NCBI RefSeq assembly: GCF_018977255.1
Contig: NW_024704742.1
Location: forward strand, 118,546,001 to 118,606,000
Length of the DNA stretch: 60,000 nt
Source: Callorhinchus milii
Lineage: Eukaryota
Direction: 5' to 3'
Under the pieces are notes generated by a model, which was not told the origin of the DNA, did not search any database, and worked only from the letters and a program-made list of their open reading frames with translations. This document shows positions 1-11,198 of this stretch, piece after piece. A program made the translations under genes and the position numbers. Each line of letters opens with the position of its first letter. Position 1 is the first letter of the stretch.

Positions 1-1285
1 CGTAAATAACAGCTAATCTGGCCACAAATCATTAGAGGTGCCTGATAATATGAATGTCACTCTATGGATTGTTTAGTAAAGTGTTGGCAAGTTTGAGGCT
101 GTGAGCAGTTGTGATCAGCAATCTTACCGATATCAATATAATAACTCGCAGCTCTAGCCTGTTCCCTCCTCACGCCCGCTCCCCTCGGCGCAATCCATTT
201 ATAATGTATTCATCTTGCAGGAGGTGACATCAGCAATGAAAGCGCTTCTAGCACAGCGCAGTGTCACCGTGTCGCAGTGCTAAATCAGGGCACATTGTAA
301 CCGGGTCAGCCTGTAATTTGACATTGCCACAAACTCAACCCCACTATCCTTACAGCTCCTCTAAAAGGCAACAGGATCTGGTTGCAATAACTGTTAGGGT
401 CCACTGAGAAAAAACATACGTGCAATGAGGTGAAACCACTTCACAAATAAAATACAGTTTAAAGGGAAGAATCTGGTCATCGTACTGTAGTTAAACCTTT
501 GTCAGCAACTGATGGATGGATCTTATGCTCTTTGATATGAGAGGTGTCAGTGCTGGGTATTGAAATATGTTGCCTCTTTTAGCGCTCCTTCCTCTAGACA
601 TTGTCCAAAAGACTGGACCATTCATCTGCTCCCAGGCCTTTAATAGCATAGCTCTACACTCACTATGTGCCAAGTGTCTGACACTTGCAGAAACCCACCA
701 CCAAATCCTGTGAAGCATTTTGAGACATTTTGATGACGTGATAAGGTGCTACATCGAATGCAACAATTATTTATACTATTATTAGTATGTTTTTGCTGTT
801 TAGTTCACTCGTTCGGTCTAGTTTCTAAGTGGTTTTCAGAGATGGGTCAGCTAGATTGTCAAGCCATTTCTGAATTGTCTTACAACAGTCCCAATTGCAC
901 CAATAATTATAGAAACTCTACTTGTCTTATACCGCCATATGCATCCACATTCAGTTTGTAGGTTAACATACTCCCTTGATCTTCTCTAGTTCCCAATTAT
1001 TATTATTCGACTTAGCTGTTAGGCATATCAGACTTCCATGTTTCAAGTTTTTTTCCCTTCCCTCGCCCAGGAGCATTGAAACCACTGCATTGTAACTTGC
1101 ACTGTATCAAATGGGGATAGAATTTGGGACTTTCCTGGGTTCATTAGAGTTCAGAATATCATGTCTTCTAGACGTCAGCTCAATGCTGCCACCAAAGTGC
1201 ATATGAGTGAGCAAGCTGTAATGAAGAGCTGAAACTCCCTAAACAGAGCAAAGGTGTCCCTTTCAACTAGTATGCCTGGTTCTTC

Positions 1286-1501
1286 TTCTGTCTCTCCCTA
1301 CCCCCCACCCACCCCCCATGTATTTTGGAGATTGCAATATCTTAAGACTTCATCAGAGATTCATTAAATCAGCCAAGCCAGGGTGTGGACCTATTCTGTC
1401 TCTCCCTACCCCCCACCCACCCCCCATGTATTTTGGAGATTGCAATATCTTAAGACTTCATCAGAGATTCATTAAATCAGCCAAGCCAGGGTGTGGACCT
1501 A
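1286..1501. repeat. Perfect 108-bp tandem duplication (2 copies)
   Basis: 1286-1393 is identical to 1394-1501; also visible as a 36-aa repeat in ORF 1318..1539. Confidence 0.95.
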
Positions 1502-2352
1502 TTTGGTTCCTGTTCTACAGACGGTGCAATAACAAATAAAGTGTTTTGACGCTTTGTAGCTGAGCCGTTGACCACATACTTAATTCAGTGTGGAATCAAC
1601 CCACTGTTGTGCAAAACCCTGGGTGGATTAAACAGTACACTGTATCTTGTCTAGCATCCCTTTTTTGATAACCGTACAATGCTTCTGGATATTTGTGATT
1701 TCCTGCAGTGAACAATAAAATATTCCATTGCTGAAATAACTGAAAGTCGCTGCCTGGGGTGATTCACTTTAAGCAGCAATATTATCAGAGTCAACCGCTC
1801 AAGCCGACACCATTGTTCTAATCCTATTAGCACATTAAAGATTCAGCATGCCTCTCTTTCATGGCTATTCAAGGCTATTCAGCCATGATAATGGTGGGAA
1901 GAGGGAGGGTGGATGATGTTTGTAAATAAATGTAAGTATTTATTCCTCTATTTATAATCATTGTTACATTGGAAAATGATTTGACATTTACCCTTTTTTG
2001 TGTCCGCCCTTAAAAGATGTTCTTCTTCCCTTAATGCACAGTAATAGATGGCATTATACACCGACCATACAGTTAGGCTGTGCAAACCGATCCACTTGGA
2101 AATGTAACACAGTATTATTGAGATCATTTCATCAGATATTTGGATGTTTAGAACTGCACGACTCCAGGCTCCAAAAGTATTGTTTTTAAAAATGACCGTT
2201 ATCGAAATAAAATATTTATTTTGTTTGCAAGAATGCCACTTATGTACTATTTATATGTTGGTCATAGTGACATCTACTAAAAAGTCCAATAGGAGAGAGG
2301 CATACGATATAATATATGTGGCAGCACCTTGCTTATACATTCTTCACTGTCC

Positions 2353-2802
2353 GTGGAGTTCTGTAGCTTAGTGGTTAGAGCACTCGCCTCGTAAGCTAGA
2401 GGACCTGGGTTCGATTCCCAGAGAGGGCGAAGTGATTGTGACTGGAACCTGAACAGATACCACTTGTTTAAAAGAATATTGCTAATAACCGGGTCTTCAT
2501 CAGTATAGTTTTTTCTATATTCAAAACCTTAAGCAAGTTTCCTTACTCCACACGTTCACCTAGCAGTAAGTAGGTACCCAGTTGTTAGTCGATTGGTGGA
2601 TTGGTTGTTCGGGGGTAATAATCCCTTGAAATTTTTTTTATTATTTAATCCACGACTGGTTGTGGGGCACTGCTGTGCACAATTGGCTGCTGTTTCACCC
2701 ACAGAATGTACAGTCAATTAAATTTACAATCTATTCTGTGAAGCGCTTTGAGAAGTCTCAAAGATGTGATGAAGCGCTTTATCAAATGCAAGTATTATTA
2801 TT
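2353..2802 (+). mobile_element. tRNA-derived SINE (long form) with a ~90-bp internal insertion
   Basis: A box (tagcttagtgg), B box (ggttcgattcc), central gcaagtttccttactccacac...cctagcagtaagtaggtacc, Deu-like gtgcacaattggctgc, L2-like tail ending in (TTA)n. Confidence 0.9.
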
Positions 2803-3381
2803 TGCTGTTCCCATGTGTGTACATACGTTCACCCACAAAATACAATCACTACACTTTACGGTATATCAGATAAAGGTCCATAAGACTTCCTCCTGATGTG
2901 AAAAACATTATTTCACATGCAAGTTGATTATTATTTATTACAAAATGTTATTCTGTTTGAAAACTGCTTCTGATCAGTTTGTGGAGTAAAATTTAACTTT
3001 TAGAACAATATCAATTTACTAATTTATTAATGGCCCTTCATGTCTGGAGGGTTTCTCAAAGCATTTCACATAAGTGAAGTGACTGGGAGCCTGAGCTGGG
3101 AGTGGGGATGTCTTATTATTTTTGTGTTTTCACTCCTCCTAGTAGGGACAAAAGATTTCCTGAGTGTAAACCCAGAACTAATTTTATGATCCAGCTCCAG
3201 TGTCTAAGCATTTCCAGCACGCATTCTCATCATAAGCCTGGTCATTGTCATTGTCAAAGTCACTGCATTTTGCATCAAGAAAGAACTAGAGAAAGAACTT
3301 GCAACTTTGCATCTGATGAGGAAAATCTGAGACTTGAGAAAACAGCTGCTGGAAGGTGATACCTATAGTGGGGCTTCATGA

Positions 3382-3413
3382 ACACACACACACACATATA
3401 TATATAATATATA
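3382..3413. repeat. (CA)n(TA)n compound microsatellite
   Basis: acacacacacacacatatatatataatatata. Confidence 0.9.
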
Positions 3414-3757
3414 TCTCTAGGGTTTGGTTTCTCACTTGATTGTTATGCAGAAAAGTAAACAGCTGCTACCAAAGGTCCGAATATCCGATTGGTGGAACCA
3501 TTACTCAATGACTAACAAGTAAATATCCTCCAAGGTGGAGGGAGAGAGAGAGAAAGAGCCTTGGGGAGTCCTCCCGACACGAAAGGGGCTATATAAATAT
3601 GAATTTGTATTGTATTAGGCAAAGCTTAACAGGTAAATGGTCCTAGCTAGATTTTGCTGCCTAAACTACAGCAGGGGCTAAACACTCTCCACCTAATACT
3701 TTCCAGAATTGAGTAAGCAGGGCTATTCTCTCCAGGGAGAGAGTACGCACATCATAT

Positions 3758-4072
3758 GTGGAGTCCTGTAGCTCAGTGGTTAGAACACTCGTCTCGCAAG
3801 CAAGAGACCTGGGTTTGACTCCCGGCAGGGCAAAACCTTGGGCAAGTTTCCTTACTCCACACGCCTGATGTTAATCCCTCAAGAAAAAGAACAATAATAA
3901 TTTGATCACTTCAATCCACGACTGTTTGTGGGACACCGTTGTGCGCAATTGGCAGCTGCATTTCGCCCACAAATATACTTAATTCACTTTACAGCATATT
4001 CTGTGAAGTGCTTTGAGACGTCTAGATGACGTGAAAAGCGCTATATCAAATGCAAAGATTATTAGTATTATC
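3758..4072 (+). mobile_element. tRNA-derived SINE (short form)
   Basis: gtggagtcctgtagctcagtggttagaacactcg... head, same body and tail as other copies, lacking the cctagcagtaagtagg block. Confidence 0.9.
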
Positions 4073-4128
4073 ATTCCGCACAAAGAACTATCCACCCATG
4101 CTCTCCATCTAGTTTGGATGCACTTATC

Positions 4129-4501
4129 CTGAAGTCCTGTAGTGTATTGGTTAGGGATCTTGCCTCACAAGGGAGAAACCTGGGTTTGATTCCCAGCAGG
4201 GTGAAACGTCGGGCAAGTTTCCTTACTCCACACGTCTCTGATTACCTAGCAGTAAGTAGGAACCCGGTTGCAAGTCGATTGGTGGATCGCTTTTCCAGGG
4301 GTAAAAATTCCTTCAATATAAAAAAATAAATTGGTCACTCAATTCACCACTGTTTGTGGGACACTGCTGTGCGCAATTGGCTGTCATGTTTCGCCCACAA
4401 AATTTACAGTCAATTCACTTTACAGTATATTCTGTGAAGTGCTTTGAGACATCTAGAAAACATGATAAGGCGCTGTAACGAATGGAAGGATTATTATTAT
4501 T
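4129..4501 (+). mobile_element. tRNA-derived SINE (long form), tandem to the previous copy
   Basis: Degenerate tRNA head, central block acctagcagtaagtaggaacc, tail ...aaggattattattat. Confidence 0.9.
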
Positions 4502-4565
4502 TGAAACAACAAACATTGATTGACTAGGTCTGTCATGAAGCTAATGTAAAGCTGCTTCTGAGGTA

Positions 4566-6858
4566 ATTGAAAATCCTCATTGAAAATCCTCCTTGTCTAC
4601 CGCCCCACTAAGCCCCCCCTCACCATCCACGACCTCATCCTGGATGAGCACCTTGACATTCTTGGTTTCACCGAAACCTGGCTCTCCCCCATTGACCCGT
4701 CCCCCTAGTTGAAGCCTCCCCTCCAGGCTACACCTTCCACCACATCCCCAGTTCAAACCAACGTGGCAGCGGGGTGGCCTTCATTTCCAAAGCCTCCCTT
4801 GGTCTTATCCCCTACTCCTCTGGCACCTTCTCCTCCTTCGAGCACCTTACCCTCTTCCACCCCTCTCTCCCATTGAAAATCCTCCTTGTCTATCGCCCCC
4901 CTAAGCCCCCCGGCTCCTTCCACACAGACATTTCTACTCTCCTCTTTTCCCTGTCCCTCTACTCCGAATGCCTGCTCATAATGGGCGATTTCAACCTCAA
5001 CCTAAACTCCCCTTGCACTGCTTCTGCCGACTTCACTGGCCTCTCCTCCCTAAACCTCACCCTTCACATAAATTCACCACCCACAACCGTTGTCATGCCC
5101 TTGACCTCGTTATCACCCACGGCCTTGACATTTCCGACCTCAGCATAGTGGACAAGGCCATCTCAGACCACTTCCTCATCTCCTTCTGCTCTCACAACCA
5201 TCTCTCCTCCACCAAGCCCTCAACCATCCTCTACCGCCCTTGGAAAAGGCTACCCCCTGAGACCCTCACAAAGGCCCTCTCATCATCAAACATCCTATCC
5301 CTCTGGCCTTCCACCCGCGGAGATCCTAAAGCAGCCGTCCAGCTGCTTCATGATCGCCTCTCCTCCACCTTCAACTCCCTCAATCCCTGAAATCCAGGAC
5401 CATCTGCAAACCCTCCCGGACCCCCTGGTACAACAACCATCTCCGCTGCCTAAAAACCCAAACCTGGCTGCTCGAGCGCAGATGACGGAAAACTGGCCTG
5501 ACAATTCACCGCCAACTGTGTCTCGAGTATCTCCACAGCTACCGCCGTTCTTTGACACGTGCAAAAATGGCCTTCTACTCCAACATCATCTTGGAGGCTA
5601 AACACAATCTTAAAATCCTTTTTTCCATCACCCACGACCTCCTCCGTGCCCCTCCTCAGGCCTCCTCAATCTTCATATCAAATGCCAAGCGTGAGGAGGT
5701 CATGGACTTCTCTTCTAAAATACACAACATCTGCCAGGCAGCCTCATCCACCTGCCTCTTGTCACCCACCACCATGCCCTTTCTGGCTTCTCCTCCCGCT
5801 CTCACCCGGTAACCTGCGGGGTACCCCAAGGATCCATCCTTGGCCCCCTTCTCTTTCTGATTCACATGCTCCTTCTTGGGGATGCCATCCGCAGACATGG
5901 GGTACATTTCCACATGTATCTGGGCGACTCCTAACTCTATTTTTCCACCTCACATTGCGACCCCCAATCCCCTGATGTTCTGTCAGCCTGCCTGTCAGAC
6001 CTCAGGGGCTGGATGAAAGCAAATTTTCTTCAACTGAATGTTGACAAGACGGAAGCCATACTCTTTGGCTCTCATCAACTTCTAAAATCTCACGGTTCTC
6101 ACCTCCTCCACCTTCCCGACCTCCCCTAAAACTCTCCAAACCCGTACGCATCCTAGGCATCATGTTCGACCCCCAATTATCCTTCCTCCCCCATATCCAG
6201 TCCCTCACCAGCACCGCTTTCTTCAACCTCCGACTCATCGTCCGTCTCCGCCAATACCTCTCTCTGAAAGCCGCTGAAACCCTGGTCCATGCCTTTGTCA
6301 CCTCTCAGCTGGACTACTCCAACGCCCTCCTCGCCGCTCTCCCTTCCACTACCATCCATAAAATCCAGATTATTCAAAACTCTGCCGCCCACATTTTCAT
6401 CCGCATCAAACTCCGCTCCCCGATCACCCCAGTCCTTGCCAGACTGCACTGGCTGCCTGTCCCAGAGAGGATCAATTTCAAGATCCTCACCCTTGTCTTC
6501 AAATCCCTCCACTCCTCCGCACCCCCCCTACCTCTCTGACCTCCTCTCTCCTCAAAACAGTCCCCTTTGCCTTCGTTCCTCCTCCTTGTCCCCCGAATCC
6601 TCCGCTCCACTTTCGGTGGCCGTGCCTTCAGCCACTATGCCCCGAGGCTCTGGAACTGCCTTCCTCACTCCCTTCGTCTTGCTCCCTCTCTTCCTATTTT
6701 CAGGTCTCTGCTGAAGATCTTTCTCTTCGACCACGCCTTTGGTCACCTTCCTCCCCCTCCCCCTGGCTCGGCCCCGGGATCATTACTGTGAAGCACTCTG
6801 AGATGCCATCCGACGTGGAAGGTTCTATATAAATCCAAGTTGTTGTTGCTGTTGTGTT
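4566..6858 (+). mobile_element. L2-clade LINE, decayed and internally deleted ORF2 (APE endonuclease, partial RT, C-terminus, 3' tail)
   Basis: APE motifs TETWL, VYRPP, GDFN, ISDH; C-terminal HAFVTSQLDYSN and LHWLPV; tail ending tatataaatccaag(ttg)n; multiple frameshifts. Confidence 0.93.
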
Positions 6859-7469
6859 GTAATATCTGTTGGACTGATATGTGAGATCAATGAATGTTAC
6901 TCTCCAGCACTCGACTTCAGATCTTGCTGAGAGAGCAGGAGCTGGTGAACTTGCACCACACTGAGAGGGTAATATAGCATGACAAGCAGTCTTACTGTAG
7001 ACTGAACCACATGCCGTTGTGTATTCCTTTATCTCTTGCTTAGTGGGAGAACTGTTCTTCCAACAGTTTAAACCAATTGACAAGAGCAGCCTTACATTGA
7101 GTGAGAATTTGTTTAAACAATGGCAATGTGCAAAGCCAGCCGGTCAGCAGTGGCCACTCTTGTAAACTTTGGGGACGTCTCTAACGTTTTGTTTTAGAAT
7201 TACAAAAAAATTCCGCCACTTGTTTTTAACTGCTGAACAGAGGGAGGCTCTCCTCAGTACAGGCACGCCATGCACTGGGAGTGGAGAATCAGCACCAAAA
7301 GCAGGAAGTATACTTCCAAGTGCTGCAGGTACACAGCATGCCCACAATGAAGACAAACCCATAGTATATTCCTGCGTGGAATACCAGCATCAATGCACAC
7401 TCTACTGGATTAACATCTTTTACCTCGGAGATCTTCCACTGAATCTAATGGGCAAGTAATTAACCAGCA

Positions 7470-7830
7470 TTAGCCTGGCTCAGTTGGTAGGACTCTTATC
7501 TCTGAATCAGAAGAATGTGCGTTTAAACCCTATGTTGGGATTTTGAACGCATAGTCTTGGCTGATGATGGTCCAAAGAAGTCCTGGGCAGCACTGCATTA
7601 CTGGAGATACCATCCTTCAGATCACATTTTAAACCAAGGTGTGGTCAGCCATGAAAGATCCCATGGCTTTGTCCAAAATGAGAAAGGGATTTCTTGGTGA
7701 CCAGATCAATTAGTGTCCAGATAAATTATTGTATTAGCTGCTACATTCCTCCACATATACATTGCAATTTCTTGTAAAAGACTTTGAGATGTGTTTGATT
7801 TAGTGCCCAAAGCTTTGAAACAATGATTAT
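7470..7830 (+). mobile_element. Old Deu-type tRNA-SINE remnant (SacSINE1/AmnSINE-like)
   Basis: tggctcagttggtag head and aaagatcccatggc core motif; highly diverged. Similar remnants at about 10880-11130(-), 26100-26290(-), 32093-32330(+), 58420-58760(-). Confidence 0.6.
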
Positions 7831-10800
7831 TATTATTTATTATTATTATAATAATAAATATTGGAAATAAAATCTTGATACACAAATGAAGAAAATAATG
7901 TAGGAGCATTTAAAGAAGAGACAAGAAACGTAGCTCCATTAATGTGGCCAAAGCTGACAACTGACCGCAGTGAGTTAACAAAGAAAAATTGACTTTTGAC
8001 AGAAAAGTGAGGCTTTTTGAAATTTCTGGGGGCCCTGCAGTTTTTGGTGACCTTTGAGATTGATCCGTGAGGAATTTATTTATGAGCATGTAACAAACTG
8101 ACATTGAACATTCTGAATTGTAGATTATCCACCCAAAAAACTGGTGCGGCAGCATGTCATTCAAACACAGATTAGATTTCTTTTTGGAAATAACATTATG
8201 GGATATAGTACATAGGTAGTTTGGGACATATCTGTATGGGACCGCCAGGGAAGTGGAAGGTGAACTAGATGGACCTTGGTCTTTTTTCATTCTAGCATTT
8301 CTTATGTTCTGGTGTCCATTGTGTGTGTGATTCTGCCTGGCCTCTCAGCTTTTATAACAACACACAAATGAAGCCTGGCCTTCTACCTTTTGATCTTCTG
8401 TTTGCCCATCAGAGAAGAGTGCGCAGATACCAAAGGATGTGAGAAATGGCCGTGGAGTATAACAGACCTACGTACAAAGGAACTAATTTTATTGGTTTAA
8501 GTGTATTACAGAATGTAAATTGTTGCTGTTGTCAGTATAGTGTAGGTAGATTGTGCTATAGTGCAGGTAGATTGAGAACTTGAGTAAAGTTTAATTTTAA
8601 AAAAATTGTTTTAGAATTACCAAAAATTCAGCCACTTGCTTATTTTAATCGCTGTACCATCCACGTTCCCACAATATATTGCCCCTGCCTTTCTACAGAA
8701 GATAGCTGATTTAAGGATATCTGGGGGTGCTTCTGCTAATACAACATCTTGGTTACAAGCAACAGTGATTCAGTTAAAACTGTATGACCCTGTAATTATT
8801 GCATGAACAGAATGTATCCTGACTGAATTGTCAGTATAGAAGAACATGAGCACTTTGTGGAAATGAATTTCCACGTGTAAATACATGTCTGGGCACTCTT
8901 TTAAGCATAGAGTTTCTATGTGTCAGACACCAATTGACTGAAACAGCTGTGTTGTGGCGGAAGGATGGGGGAGCTAGGAGTTTGAAATAAAAGGGTATTG
9001 TGAAATATTGGAGACTCAGCAACAGGAGATACAGAATTATGGGAAAATATGAGCGCAGATTACAGGACTATAAAACAGAGACCCCACTTTAGAATGGATC
9101 AGAAGAGCCTTTTAGATCCCAAATGCTTTGATATCTCCCTTTTCTCTCACCCCCACCCCCCCTCTCTCTCTTGCCGTAAGGTCTGTTAGCAGCTCACTTG
9201 GGTGTTTGTTTTGCAGATATTTGAAGTTAGCAATTTTAATGTTATTAAAGAGCTCATTGGGATACCAGCTCTTTAATGCGATAAAAATAAAGAACTGATT
9301 TTAGTGTTTTGCAGTAAAATTGGATGTTTTTTTGTCCCGATTGAAGACTATGCAGAACAGGCAGTATAAACCCAGTGGGTTTCCCTAAACTGTTGACGTC
9401 AGAGAAAGCTTTTGCTCTATCACCCGTAAACTGTGGTAGTGTTTTATGTTCAGAGTTACGCATTTAAAAAAGTTGTTTACATTGAAAATACCTCCTCAAC
9501 AACAAACAGCTAGTGAAAAACCACAAAGAGCTGATCCCAAGTGGCTACCATCACACAACTGAATCTTTGCACTCAGTAAAGTCTGTACTTTGTACACGTA
9601 AAGGCAAGCCACGTGGACAATTTCATTACTACTCAATACCTCTCTTGCCTCAATACACTCCACCTCTGAAATCCCGAACTGCTTCCTGCCACCCAAAAGT
9701 CTCCCTGGTACAATAGTCACTTCAGCTTTCTAAAATCCAAAGCCCATGCGTCAGAGCGCTCGTAACGTAAATCTGGCCTCATGGTCGAGTGTCAGATCTG
9801 TCCAGCCCAAAACTTACCATTGTTCCCTTTCCTCCCCAACAACAGTCCCAGGCTCCATTTCTCCACCTCCTCCAAAGTTAACCAGCTCCATCCCCTCTTC
9901 TCTCTCCTCCCATCTCCCACGTGACACCCGTTACCCGTTCCATTGACCCTGTTCCCTCACAGATCCCGTCCACCCAGTTCTTTTTGTGTTATTTTGTTTA
10001 TCGTCTCTATAATGTATAAAACGATATGTCAGTTCAGCATTTAATCCATCACATGTGGATTGTTCAGCTTTTGTGTTCCTGTTTAAGGGAAGCTAACTTT
10101 CTGATCTATCTCGATCAGTAACGTGAGTCAGGTTATTGAACTGAAATTCAATATGAAGCTGAAGTACACTTGAAGGGTGAGTTTATCATGCAATCTTTGC
10201 ACCAAAAACCGCTCAGTAGATAAATATATAATTCAGCCTGTGGAATTTGTAAAGCACAAGTGTCAAATATCAGTGCCCCGTTTTCTATAAGAAATCCATC
10301 CCTCTCCCTCGTGTTCTGTATGTAAGTGGCTGTGTGGTGTCATGACAGACGATGGATATTGAGGATGATAAATGAGACTGGCTCGGTATTATTGATCGTC
10401 AGCCCTTGACATTTAAAGTTTAGATGAATGTTTTTCAGCCGCCAGTACTCCGTTTTCCTGCTTTTCTTTCAAACTGCATAAAGAAGTCATCGAGGGTATG
10501 GTTCCACGGACAACAGTAACAATGACAACAATCAGCACTAAAATAAAGGCTTTTCATGTAGGATACCTTCTTGATGTGCTTTACAAGAATCATGTGGATC
10601 AAATATTGTGGATGGAATGAGTGAGGGGTTCAGCATGTTTACTAAAGATGAGGACAAACAACAACAACAACAAAATTGCATTTGTATAGCGCTTTTCACA
10701 AAGCAATATTTGACAGGATTTTGAAGACAGAGAGAGCAGCACGAAGAGCGAGAGAGAGAGTTGGTGAGCGCAAGGCAGCAATGGCAGAAAGCATGGAAAA

Positions 10801-11198
10801 GAATAATGCGTATTGGACTGTTATATCACCTTTTCTAATAAATAAAATCTTTCTTGCATTTGATATTTGTAAATGATAGGAGAACGTCTCAAAGCGCTTT
10901 ATGGGTTATACTGTATAGTGTAGTGTCTATTATGTAAATGAATGCAGCAGCCAATTTGTACACAGCAATATCCCACAAACGGGAATATTCCTACCAATTG
11001 TATTAGGGGAATTATTGGCCAGGAGAAACTGCCTACTCTTTTCTATTAGGGCCATGGTATCTTTAGGGAAGACTGGAACAGTCAGACAGGACCTTGTTTT
11101 GATGTCTCATCTGAAGGACAATTGATGTGACGTCTTTTGTACAAGCAACAGTGCATTTTACTTGATTCCGGCCATTTGATCCTACAAGTTTGTGCTGT

